Source: an uncultured Desulfofustis sp. (GTDB taxonomy: Bacteria; Desulfobacterota; Desulfobulbia; Desulfobulbales; Desulfocapsaceae). From it: 64,000 bases of DNA. Shown here piece after piece: positions 29,475-38,399 of this stretch. A program made the position numbers and the translations under genes. The notes beneath the pieces are model-generated. The model searched no databases. It worked only from the letters and a program-made list of their open reading frames with translations, and was not told where the DNA came from. The stretch's first letter is position 1. Each line of letters opens with the position of its first letter. The DNA lies in the NCBI GenBank assembly GCA_964433645.1, contig CAYSSK010000004.1, forward strand, positions 2,989 to 66,988, given 5' to 3'.

Positions 29475-30556
29475 CAGTGGTGCCCTCCCGGCTCGTTTGC
29501 CCGGCGTCCGCGGCGGCGGAAGAAATCGAGTAGAGCGGTATAATTCAGGCTCAGGATACCGTTCGGGGCAAACAGCATGATGGTGATCAGAATCAGGCCG
29601 AACACCGCATCATCATAGCTGCCGAACACGCCGCGCAGCGACAGGAAGTTGAGCACCACCCCCATGACCAGAGCGCCCCAGAGATGAGTCATGCCGCCGA
29701 CCGCGACGATCGCCACATAGCGCACCGACTTCATTACCCCGGCCTCCGACGGGCCGATACCGCCGTTGTAGTGGGTCAGAAAAACTCCGGCAACCGCGGC
29801 GAAAACCGCGGACAGGACAAAGACGTGGAGTTTGCAGCGGGCCGTGTCGACACCCATCGACCCGGCCGCCTCCTCGGAGCCGTGAATGGAGCGAAGCGCC
29901 CGGCCGACCCGACTGTCAACCAGGTTCCTGAGCAGGACCAGACCGATGATCAGCAGCCCCCAGGCGATATAATAATTTGCTTCCCGGGCGGCGAAACTGC
30001 CGCTGACCTCCAGACCGAACGGCAGCAGGAAGGGCGGTACATCGGAAATACCGTCGGCCTCGCCGAAATATTCGCTGGCCAGCACGATGCGGTAGATAAT
30101 GATGCCGAAACCGAGCGTCGCCATGGCCAGGTAGTGCCCTTTCAGCTTGAGCACCGGAATGCCGAGCAGCCAGGCGATCAAAGCCGCCGCGATAATCGCG
30201 ACCAGGCAGGCCGCCCAGGGGGCGACGACCACCAGTTCAGCACCGTAGATATCCTGCCCGGTCGCCAGGATGCCGGCCTGCTCGAGCAGCCGATAAAAGG
30301 CCTGATCCTGAAAGAGCGCCAGATTCCTGGTGGTCAGCGCGGCGGAGAAATACCCGCCGATGGCGAAAAAGCCGGCGTGGCCGAGCGAAATCTGGCCGGT
30401 ATAGCCCATCAACGCGCAGAGTCCGATGATCAGCAGCGAATAGTAGGCCGCCATGGTCAACTGGGTCAGGTAATACCTGGTATCCGTCCAGTCGGTCAAG
30501 AGCTGGATGGTGATCACCAGGATCACCAGCGGCAGCAGAGGAAGAAGGCGCCGCAT
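29474..30556 (-). CDS. livM: Branched-chain amino acid ABC transporter permease (LivM-type)
   Basis: 360-aa polytopic protein with GQISLGHAGFFAIGGY typical of LivM. Its ends are coupled to neighbouring genes. Confidence 0.85.
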   Translation of the reverse strand: MRRLLPLLPLVILVITIQLLTDWTDTRYYLTQLTMAAYYSLLIIGLCALMGYTGQISLGHAGFFAIGGYFSAALTTRNLALFQDQAFYRLLEQAGILATGQDIYGAELVVVAPWAACLVAIIAAALIAWLLGIPVLKLKGHYLAMATLGFGIIIYRIVLASEYFGEADGISDVPPFLLPFGLEVSGSFAAREANYYIAWGLLIIGLVLLRNLVDSRVGRALRSIHGSEEAAGSMGVDTARCKLHVFVLSAVFAAVAGVFLTHYNGGIGPSEAGVMKSVRYVAIVAVGGMTHLWGALVMGVVLNFLSLRGVFGSYDDAVFGLILITIMLFAPNGILSLNYTALLDFFRRRGRRANEPGGHH

Positions 30557-30558
30557 CG

Positions 30559-31449
30559 CTAGAACTCCTTCAAACCGGCGGCCGCCCGGGAACCGAACAA
30601 GCCGTGCGGGCGAACAAACAAAATGAGCAGCAGGATGGTGATGGCAATGGCATCCTGGAAGGCCAGCGGCACCACCGACACCGAAAACGCCTCAAGAATC
30701 CCGAGCAGCAGACCGGCCGTCACCGCCGCCGCGGAATTGCCGAGCCCGCCGAGGATGGCCACGGTGAATCCCTTGATGGCCAGGCCGGTGCCGTTGTCGT
30801 AGGCGGTCGAGGTGATCGGCGACATGACGCAGCCGGCCAGCGCCCCGATACCGGCGCTGAGCACGAAGGAGAAGGTCACCATGTCGCGGGTATTGATGCC
30901 GCAGAGCACGGCCGCCTTGCGGTTGGCGGCGCAGGCCCGCATCTGCCGGCCCACCGACGTTCCCTGGAAAAAGACACTGAGAAACGCGACCATCAGGCCG
31001 CAGGCGCCGATTACCCAGAACACCTGCGGTGACACACGGGCACCAAGCACGTTGACGGAGCTGATCTCGTTGCCGACAAAATACGGCAGCGACCGGATCG
31101 ACTCGCCCCAGACATGCAGGGCGGCCTCGCGGGTCAGTATGGACAGACCGATGGTGATGATGATCATGCGCAGCACGCCGGGATTGTCCAGCCAGCGGAT
31201 AAAACAGATCTCCAGCAGTGCCCCGTAGAGCATGGTCAGAGCGACCGCCGCACCGATGGCCAGCGGCAACGGCATGATCGGCAGCAAGGTGATAGAGATC
31301 ATGCCGCCGAGCATGACGAACTCGCCCTGGGCGAAATTGATGATGCCGGTGGTGTTGTAAATGATATTAAAGCCGATGGCGACGATCGCATAGATCGAGC
31401 CATAGGTAATTCCGGCAAAGAGATATTGGATAAAGAGTTCCAGGGTCAT
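30559..31449 (-). CDS. livH: Branched-chain amino acid ABC transporter permease (LivH-type)
   Basis: 296 aa with GIINFAQGEFVMLGGM typical of LivH. Confidence 0.85.
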   Translation of the reverse strand: MTLELFIQYLFAGITYGSIYAIVAIGFNIIYNTTGIINFAQGEFVMLGGMISITLLPIMPLPLAIGAAVALTMLYGALLEICFIRWLDNPGVLRMIIITIGLSILTREAALHVWGESIRSLPYFVGNEISSVNVLGARVSPQVFWVIGACGLMVAFLSVFFQGTSVGRQMRACAANRKAAVLCGINTRDMVTFSFVLSAGIGALAGCVMSPITSTAYDNGTGLAIKGFTVAILGGLGNSAAAVTAGLLLGILEAFSVSVVPLAFQDAIAITILLLILFVRPHGLFGSRAAAGLKEF

Positions 31450-31554
31450 CGCTCCCGCCTGCGTCCGAAGACGCCGAACACCGCAAAACGGAAAACTGCG
31501 ATTCCATGGTGTCCGGCGAGACCGGTCAATACATTTTTCATCCCTGGATGCTGC

Positions 31555-32700
31555 TTACTGCCGTACATAGGGGACGAAGGCGCCGTCCTTGACGGTAATC
31601 ATCTCGAAAGAATCGAGATCGAGTCCGTTATGATCGGCGGCGGAAAAATTGAATATCCCGGCGGTACCGGGCAACCCCTGGATTTTTTCGATCTCGTCGC
31701 GAATCGACTGCTGATCCGTACCGCCGTTGTCAATGGCGGCCATCAGGATAATGAAGGCATCGTAGGCATGGCCGCCGAAGGTGGATGCCTGCTCCTGGAA
31801 TTTTCCTTCATAATCGGCCTTGTACTTGGTCAGCAATTGCTTCTGCGGGTGATCGGCGGACAGTTCGTCGGCCACCAGCAGACGGCCGGCCGGGAAAATG
31901 ATCCCCTCGGCCGCCACGCCGGCCGACTCGACATACTTGATATTACCGAAGCCGTGACTCTGAAAGAGCGGTACATCCCAGCCGGCCTGACGCATATTCT
32001 TGGCAACAATGGCCTGGGCCGGTACGATCGACCAGTTGACCACCGCCTGTACATCCTCATTGGCTTTGATCTTGGCCACCACCGCGGACAGGTCGTTGGC
32101 ATCCTTGTCGTAGACCTCGGCCTCGACGATCTCGATGCCCATGGTCGGGGCGATAGCCTGCAACTGCTCCTTGCCCGCCTTGCCGAAACCGGTGTTGCCG
32201 GCAAGGACCGCGATCGTGCTGATCCCCATCTCCTGCATGGTCATGAAGATCCGCTTGACGGCAAAAGAGTCGCTCTGCGGAGTCTTGAAGACGTAGCTGG
32301 CCACCGGGTTGACGATAACCTCGGCGGCGGCACAGGAAAGCAACGGAGTACGGCTCCCCTCGAAGAGCTTCTTGACGGCCATCGACTCGCCGGAAGTGGA
32401 TGGTCCGATTACGGCCACCACCTGCTCTTCCTCGATCAGCTGCTTGGCAAAGGAGATGGCTTTTTCCGGACTGCCGCCGGAGTCCTTGATGATCAGCTCG
32501 ATCTTCTTGCCGTTGACGCCGCCGGCCCGATTGACTTCGTCGGCAAGCATCTCGATGGTCCGCGATTCCGGTCCACCGAGAAACGCCGCCGGTCCGGTAA
32601 CCGCCAGAATCGCGCCAACTTTCAAGGTTTCAGCGATTACGGCCGGAGCCGCGATCAGGCTCAACGCCAGGACGACCAACATCATGCGACACGCTTTCAT
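31555..32700 (-). CDS. ABC transporter substrate-binding protein (Leu/Ile/Val-binding, type 1 PBP)
   Basis: 381 aa. A signal peptide (MLVVLALSLIAAPAVIA) is followed by LKVGAILAVTGPAAFLG, typical of the LivK/LivJ family. Confidence 0.85.
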   Translation of the reverse strand: MKACRMMLVVLALSLIAAPAVIAETLKVGAILAVTGPAAFLGGPESRTIEMLADEVNRAGGVNGKKIELIIKDSGGSPEKAISFAKQLIEEEQVVAVIGPSTSGESMAVKKLFEGSRTPLLSCAAAEVIVNPVASYVFKTPQSDSFAVKRIFMTMQEMGISTIAVLAGNTGFGKAGKEQLQAIAPTMGIEIVEAEVYDKDANDLSAVVAKIKANEDVQAVVNWSIVPAQAIVAKNMRQAGWDVPLFQSHGFGNIKYVESAGVAAEGIIFPAGRLLVADELSADHPQKQLLTKYKADYEGKFQEQASTFGGHAYDAFIILMAAIDNGGTDQQSIRDEIEKIQGLPGTAGIFNFSAADHNGLDLDSFEMITVKDGAFVPYVRQ

Positions 32701-32919
32701 ATATTCTCTCCCCTCTTGCTGTTGAAAGCCGACGACACAGCCCGGTCACTACACGGCTTTCATCCCTGTTTTCCAGGAGTACCGAACATCGCTGCCGGGG
32801 CGGTACTACCGGAACATGTCGACCGACGCCTCGGTATCATGATCGGCATCGCTCTTCTTCTGCCAGCCCAAGAACGCTCGCTTCGCCGGATCCCGAGGCG
32901 AAGCGGCCATCGTCACCTG

Positions 32920-33351
32920 CTAGATATTATAGATCTGCTGACTCTCCAGGATCGTGAAGCCGTCCTTGAGCAAGGTTTCAATGGCACGATCCATCTCCTC
33001 GAAGCGAAAGATCAACACCGCGTTTTCACCGGTCTTGTTGACAAAGGCGTACATGTACTCGACGTTGAGATTGGCCTCTTTGATGCTTTTCAGTACCATG
33101 GCCAACCCGCCGGTACGATCGGGTACCTCGACGGCGATAACATTGGTCTTGCCCACCGTAAAACCGGCAGCCCGCAAGGCCTGTTCAGCGGCTTCCACCT
33201 TGTCGACGATCAGTCGCAGGATACCGAAATCGGCAGTGTCGGCCACCGACAGAGCACGGATATTAATACCGTTGCCCGCCAGGATCGAGGTGATCTCCGC
33301 CAGTCGTCCCGACCTGTTCTCCAGAAAGACTGCAATCTGCTCAACGCGCAT
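32920..33351 (-). CDS. ACT domain-containing (amino-acid-binding) protein
   Basis: Tandem ACT folds: MRVEQIAVFLENRSGRLAEITSILAGNGINIRAL..., with the second starting VIAVEVPDRTGGLAMVLKSIKEANLNVEY. Start placed at MRVEQ. Confidence 0.75.
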   Translation of the reverse strand: MRVEQIAVFLENRSGRLAEITSILAGNGINIRALSVADTADFGILRLIVDKVEAAEQALRAAGFTVGKTNVIAVEVPDRTGGLAMVLKSIKEANLNVEYMYAFVNKTGENAVLIFRFEEMDRAIETLLKDGFTILESQQIYNI

Positions 33352-33368
33352 GGTCGCTCCTCCCGAAC

Positions 33369-34688
33369 TCAAATTTTGCGTTTGTCGATAACGCGCTGCG
33401 CCTTGCCTTCGCTGCGCTGGATCGCTCGCGGGTTAACAAGCTTAACGCGGCAGGTGACGCCGAGAATGTCTTTGATATCATGGGTGATCTGCCCGGTCAG
33501 TCGTTCGAGCTGCTTGATCTCGTCGCTGAATACCTGGTCGCTGATCTCGACCTCGACGGTCATCGTATCCATCGACCCGTCCCGCTCGACAATGATCTGA
33601 TAGTGCGGTTCGACCCCGTCGATACCGATCAGCACGTGCTCGACCTGGGACGGAAAGACATTGACGCCGCGGATGATCAACATATCGTCGGTGCGGCCGG
33701 TGACCTTGCCCATCCGTACCAGGGTCCGCCCGCATTCGCAGGTGTCGTAGCAGAGGCTGGAGATATCCTTGGTCCGGTAACGGATCACCGGAAAAGCCTG
33801 CTTGGTCAGCGTGGTGAAGACCAGCTCACCCTGCTCGCCGGGCGGCAGGACCTCTCCGGTGGCCGGGTCGATGATCTCCGGCAGAAAATGGTCCTCGAAG
33901 ATATGCATCCCCTTGGTGGTCCGCAGACATTCCATGGCCACGCCGGGACCGATCACCTCGGAGAGGCCGTAGATGTCGACCGCCCGCAGATTGAGCTTGC
34001 GCTCCACTTCCTCGCGCATGTTCTCGCTCCACGGCTCGGCGCCGAAGATACCGACGCGCAGCGCCAGGTCCTGTGGATCGATACCCATTTCCTCCATGGT
34101 CTCAGCCAGATTCAGCGCATACGACGGGGTCGACAGCAGGACCGTCGAGCCGAAATCCTTCATGATGGTAATCTGCCGCTTGGTGTTGCCGCCGGAGACC
34201 GGGATGACCGTTGCGCCAAGCTTTTCCGCGCCGTAATGGGCGCCGAGACCGCCGGTGAACAGGCCGTAGCCGTAGGCGTTGTGCACCATGTCGCCGCTGC
34301 TCGTGCCGGCACAGGCCAGGGCTCGGGCCATCAGGTTGGCCCAGGTGTCGATATCTTTTTTGGTGTAGCCGACCACGGTGGGTTTGCCGGTGGTGCCCGA
34401 CGAGGCATGGACCCGGACCACCTCGTCAAGCGGCACCGTGAACATCCCGAACGGGTAGTTGTCCCGCAGATCCTCTTTCAAGGTAAACGGCAGGTTGGCC
34501 AGATCGGCCAAACTGCGAATATCCTCCGGCTTGACGCCGGCCGCGTCCATTTTCCGGCGATACGGCTCCACCGTCCGATACACCCGCTCGATGAGATGCT
34601 GCAGGCGCCGCAGCTGAATCGACTCCAGGCCGGCCCGCGGCAGGGTTTCCATCTCCGCTTCCCAATATGTCGTCGCGTTGCTTGCCAT
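33369..34688 (-). CDS. paaK: Phenylacetate--CoA ligase family, second paralogue
   Basis: [14 protein letters not shown] and the same architecture as 26636-27934. ATG 34688 has AGGAG 7 nt upstream and is preferred over GTG 34706. Confidence 0.85.
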   Translation of the reverse strand: MASNATTYWEAEMETLPRAGLESIQLRRLQHLIERVYRTVEPYRRKMDAAGVKPEDIRSLADLANLPFTLKEDLRDNYPFGMFTVPLDEVVRVHASSGTTGKPTVVGYTKKDIDTWANLMARALACAGTSSGDMVHNAYGYGLFTGGLGAHYGAEKLGATVIPVSGGNTKRQITIMKDFGSTVLLSTPSYALNLAETMEEMGIDPQDLALRVGIFGAEPWSENMREEVERKLNLRAVDIYGLSEVIGPGVAMECLRTTKGMHIFEDHFLPEIIDPATGEVLPPGEQGELVFTTLTKQAFPVIRYRTKDISSLCYDTCECGRTLVRMGKVTGRTDDMLIIRGVNVFPSQVEHVLIGIDGVEPHYQIIVERDGSMDTMTVEVEISDQVFSDEIKQLERLTGQITHDIKDILGVTCRVKLVNPRAIQRSEGKAQRVIDKRKI

Positions 34689-34702
34689 ACCCGCTCCTCT
34701 GC

Positions 34703-35296
34703 TCACGACTCTTGCCGGCGTCCAGCCTGCCGGCCGGCCGCGAAGGCCTGCATGTTTTCGGCGCGAAACCGCTCCGGTACCCGACTCTCGATAATATCTC
34801 GAAACTTCTGCTCGTCAACCGGCAGATGCACCGACAGGGCGCCGACCAGGGCTACGTTGGCGGTGCGCACTTCGCCGGCCTCACGGGCGATGGTAAAGGC
34901 ATCGACGGCGATGACCTCGATATCGCGGGACCGCAGTTCGTCAAGCACGTTCTCCGGATAAAGCGCCTGCCCGGTAGCCACCGACGGTGGCAGGATCTGC
35001 TGGGTGTTGACGATTACCGTGCTGCCCCGATGGAGATATGGCAGGTAGCGCACCGCTTCCATCATTTCAAAGGCCATCTGAATGTCGGCACGGCCGGGAT
35101 CGATCAGCGGCGAATAAACCTTGGTCCCGTAACGCAGCTGCGCCGTTACCGAACCGCCGCGCTGGGCCATGCCGTGCACCTCGCTTTTTTTCACGTCAAA
35201 ACCGACTGCCAGCAACGCTTGGGCGGTGATTTCACTGGCCAGCAGGATGCCCTGACCGCCCACCCCGGAAAAAAGGATGTTTTTGTTATCGCTCAT
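34703..35296 (-). CDS. iorB: Indolepyruvate:ferredoxin oxidoreductase beta subunit
   Basis: 197 aa with [15 protein letters not shown]...[10 protein letters not shown], typical of IorB (2-oxoacid:Fd oxidoreductase gamma-type domain). It lies directly downstream of iorA. Confidence 0.85.
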   Translation of the reverse strand: MSDNKNILFSGVGGQGILLASEITAQALLAVGFDVKKSEVHGMAQRGGSVTAQLRYGTKVYSPLIDPGRADIQMAFEMMEAVRYLPYLHRGSTVIVNTQQILPPSVATGQALYPENVLDELRSRDIEVIAVDAFTIAREAGEVRTANVALVGALSVHLPVDEQKFRDIIESRVPERFRAENMQAFAAGRQAGRRQES

Positions 35297-37122
35297 TATT
35301 TCGCTTCCCCTCTGGTAATGGCGTTGAATTTACACAGGGAGGCACACTGACCGCAATCATTGCACAATACCTCGTCGATCTGCGAATACCCTTTCTGGCT
35401 CTTCTTGTATCCCCTCGCCTCGGCCTCGCCCTCGCCAAACGGAGTCCAGCTGATCGCCGGACATCCGAGCCGGATGCAGGACGTACAACCAACACAATTA
35501 TCGATATTGGTGTAGTAGCCGACCGGCGTGCGCAGCTTCAGCTCCGGCAGCAAGACACAGGGCGCCCGGGCGATGATCACCGACATCTCATCGCGCTCGA
35601 CCTCCTCTTTGATGATCTTACGACACTCCGGAACTTCGTGCGGGTTGACCACCCGGACATGTTTTACGCCGATGGCCCGGCACAGCGCTTCGAGATCGAG
35701 CGACCGGGCCGGCTCGCCTTTGATCGACGTACCCGATGACGGGTTGGGCTGCTGGCCGGTCATCGCGGTGATGCGGTTGTCGAGAATGATCAACGTTGCG
35801 GCGGAACCGTTATAGACCGAGTTGATCAAGCCGGTGATGCCGGAATGAACAAAAGTCGAATCCCCGATTACCGACACCACCTTGTCATGCGCCCCGTCAC
35901 CGATGGCCTTGACCATACCGTGCGCCATCGGGATCGATGCACCCATGCAGACCGTTGCATCCAGCGCGTTGAGCGGCGGCAGAAAACCGAGGGTATAGCA
36001 GCCGATATCACCGGAGACGAAGATCTTCAGGCGCGACAAGTTGAAAAAGATACCGCGGTGCGGGCAGCCGGGGCACATGTTCGGCGGCCGCGGCGGCAGC
36101 TCTACCGGCTCAAACAACTCGGCGGTGTCTCGCTCGGGGTCGATGGCCCGGCGGACGATGGCCGTGTTCAACTCGCCGATGGCCGGGATCAGGTCCTTGC
36201 CGTGGCAGGCGATGCCCATGGCCTTGATCTGCGTCTCAAGAAACGGATCGAGTTCCTCGACCACATAGAGCGTCTCCACCGACGCGGCAAAATCCCTGAT
36301 CTTTTGTTCGGGCAGCGGCCAGCACATACCGAGTTTGAGCACGGCGGCCTCGGGAAAGGCACCCTTGACGTAGAGATAGGAAACCCCCGAGGTAATGAAG
36401 CCGCGACTGCGGTCTCCTTCCTCGACCCGGTTGTCGGGGTCGCTCTCGGCCGGCTCCCGGCACCGTGTCATCCGCTCTTCGACATAGAGCCGGCGCTTGC
36501 GGGCCATGGCCGGCAGCATCACGAATTTTTCCGGATGTTTCTCGATTCCGGGCTCAACCGGCGCCTCCCACCGCTCGCCGGGGCCGGCGACAACACCTTT
36601 GACATGGGCGATCCTGGTGGTGATCCGCAGCAGGACCGGGGTGTCGAGTTGCTCGCTCAAGGCGAAGGCCCGCGCCATGAAATCGCGGGACTCGGCCGGA
36701 TCGCTCGGTTCGAGCATCGGCAACTTGGCGGCCAATGCGTAATTGCGGTTATCCTGCTCGTTTTGCGAGGAATGCATGTCCGGATCGTCGGCGGTCAGAA
36801 TCACCAGACCGCCCCGACCGCCGGTATAGGCCGCGGTGAACAGCGGATCGGCGGCGACGTTGACCCCGACATGCTTCATGGTCGCCAGGGCTCGTCCCCC
36901 GGCGAACGAAGCGCCGATCGCCACCTCGAGGGCCACCTTTTCGTTCGGCGCCCATTCCGTATACACCCCGTCGTAGCCGGAGAGGTGTTCCATGATTTCC
37001 GTCGACGGCGTGCCGGGATACCCGGAGGCGACCCGCACACCCGCTTCCCAGGCGCCGAGGGCTATCGCCTCGTTTCCCGACAGCCACATCGTTATATCTG
37101 CGTTACGCTGAGTCATGAGCAC
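35296..37122 (-). CDS. iorA: Indolepyruvate:ferredoxin oxidoreductase alpha subunit
   Basis: 608 aa. It has a pyrimidine-binding domain (GNEAIALGAWEAGV..GYPGTPSTE), a TPP-binding GDSTF motif (IGDSTFVHSG) and a C-terminal 2x[4Fe-4S] (CVGCTSCIRLGCP; CNDCGQCASLC). Confidence 0.9.
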   Translation of the reverse strand: MLMTQRNADITMWLSGNEAIALGAWEAGVRVASGYPGTPSTEIMEHLSGYDGVYTEWAPNEKVALEVAIGASFAGGRALATMKHVGVNVAADPLFTAAYTGGRGGLVILTADDPDMHSSQNEQDNRNYALAAKLPMLEPSDPAESRDFMARAFALSEQLDTPVLLRITTRIAHVKGVVAGPGERWEAPVEPGIEKHPEKFVMLPAMARKRRLYVEERMTRCREPAESDPDNRVEEGDRSRGFITSGVSYLYVKGAFPEAAVLKLGMCWPLPEQKIRDFAASVETLYVVEELDPFLETQIKAMGIACHGKDLIPAIGELNTAIVRRAIDPERDTAELFEPVELPPRPPNMCPGCPHRGIFFNLSRLKIFVSGDIGCYTLGFLPPLNALDATVCMGASIPMAHGMVKAIGDGAHDKVVSVIGDSTFVHSGITGLINSVYNGSAATLIILDNRITAMTGQQPNPSSGTSIKGEPARSLDLEALCRAIGVKHVRVVNPHEVPECRKIIKEEVERDEMSVIIARAPCVLLPELKLRTPVGYYTNIDNCVGCTSCIRLGCPAISWTPFGEGEAEARGYKKSQKGYSQIDEVLCNDCGQCASLCKFNAITRGEAK

Positions 37123-37342
37123 CGACTTGTTCCACTCCTTTATTGCCGTGATTGATGAGATATCGACCCGATGCGGGCCGGTTCTTGGGATGACCTAGGA
37201 AACTACTCTGAAATCAGGATTTCCGGCAAGTTTTTTTTGCCGCGCAGCACGCGCCCGGCACCACTGCCCGCCCCGGCAAAATATCTTCATGCAGCGTGCT
37301 TCACCCCCTGTCAAAGCAGTTTTCTTTCCCGCGGCGATACCG

Positions 37343-37348
37343 TATAAT
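37343..37348 (+). promoter_or_regulatory. Candidate sigma70 -10 hexamer (TATAAT) for the CBS-domain gene
   Basis: A perfect TATAAT lies 64 nt upstream of ATG 37412. The -35 at 17-nt spacing is poor (TTTTCT). Confidence 0.3.
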
Positions 37349-37411
37349 GGAGCTGCAATCGCCCCGTATCGCCCCGGTGCGACCCCGCTTGCGATCAACC
37401 AGGAGGATGAC

Positions 37412-38089
37412 ATGTATATCGGCCGGATCATGCGTACCGATCTGATTACCGTCTCGCCCGAAGCGACCCTCGTTCAGGCGCGAAAACTGATCGAGGAGAA
37501 AAAGATCGACCACCTGCTGGTGGTCAACGACAAGGGCAAACTGGTCGGCTTGCTGTCCGACCGCGACCTCAGGCAACACTGGGCATCACCGGCAATCTCT
37601 CTGAGCGCTCACGAACTGGGATACCTGCTCGACAAGATCCTGGTCAAGATGATCATGATCAAGACCATCGTCACCGTAACCCCGGAAACGACTATCGAGC
37701 GGGCCGCCCTGATCATGCAGAGCAACAATATCAATTCTCTGCCGGTCATGGACAAGGGCGAGCTGGTCGGCATCATCACCAGCACCGACGTGATGCACGT
37801 CCTGCTCGAGGCCATCGGCATGAACGAGGAGTCGGTGCGCATCAGCGTCCTGGTCGAAGACCGCATCGGCACCATTGCCGAGGTCAGTGCCATTCTGCGG
37901 GATCTCGACATCAACATCCAGAGCCTGGTGACCTGGCCGTTGCGCAACCATCCGGGAATTCACCAGATGATCATCAGGCTTCCCGGTGATGACGGCGCCC
38001 GCGCGGTGGCCGCCTTGAATCGCAATCGTTATAAAGTAATGACCCACTATATCAAGGACATGACCCCCTACCTCCCCAAACCCTCCTGA
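37412..38089 (+). CDS. CBS-pair plus ACT domain protein (AcuB-like)
   Basis: Start at MYIGRIMRTDLITV, with AGGAGG upstream. It has two CBS motifs (..HLLVVNDKGKLVGLLSDRDL; ..NSLPVMDKGELVGIITSTDV) and then an ACT-like SVLVEDRIGTIAEVSAILRDLDINI. Confidence 0.8.
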   Translation: MYIGRIMRTDLITVSPEATLVQARKLIEEKKIDHLLVVNDKGKLVGLLSDRDLRQHWASPAISLSAHELGYLLDKILVKMIMIKTIVTVTPETTIERAALIMQSNNINSLPVMDKGELVGIITSTDVMHVLLEAIGMNEESVRISVLVEDRIGTIAEVSAILRDLDINIQSLVTWPLRNHPGIHQMIIRLPGDDGARAVAALNRNRYKVMTHYIKDMTPYLPKPS

Positions 38090-38251
38090 TCTTCTCCCCA
38101 CCCGGGCAGCATCCCCGCCCGGCGGTCGGACCTGCCCGCCCGGACCTCATGGATGCTCTGTCCACGCCGACCGGTACCTCGGCAACGCTGTACCGGTGTG
38201 GCGCAGCACGGTAATGTCGCTCGCCACAAATCAACAAAATATGTTCCCTGC

Positions 38252-38267
38252 CGGTGCGAAAGTTGCA
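38252..38267 (+). promoter_or_regulatory. Weak candidate sigma54 -24/-12 element (cGGtgCG-aaag-TTGCA)
   Basis: The GG and GC dinucleotides are at the canonical 12-nt register and the -12 TTGCA is perfect. The -24 box is poor. It lies about 130 nt upstream of the kinase ORF. Confidence 0.25.
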
Positions 38268-38302
38268 TAAAAAGGGCAGAAAGGGGAACCGATATCCGCC
38301 TG

Positions 38303-38316
38303 CCACAATTGTGTGG
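38303..38316. promoter_or_regulatory. Palindromic operator-like site CCACA-ATTG-TGTGG (site A)
   Basis: Perfect 5+5 inverted repeat with a 4-nt spacer in the leader of the kinase operon. The same motif recurs at 43128, 43149, 49046 and 49089. Confidence 0.5.
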
Positions 38317-38399
38317 TATACTAGGCAAGCACCCCTATCACAACAGGGCATGCCACGGTTTCGTGGCTGAAACAGACCGGCACAGGGGGAATACCGACG

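Noticed and set aside
31114-33600. 828-aa ORF on the plus strand.
   Set aside because: It runs antisense across livH, the substrate-binding protein gene, the ACT gene and paaK, all of which have strong family motifs. Its translation is Arg/Gly/Asp/His-rich and low-complexity with no motifs. Long stop-free antisense frames are expected in G+C-rich coding DNA.
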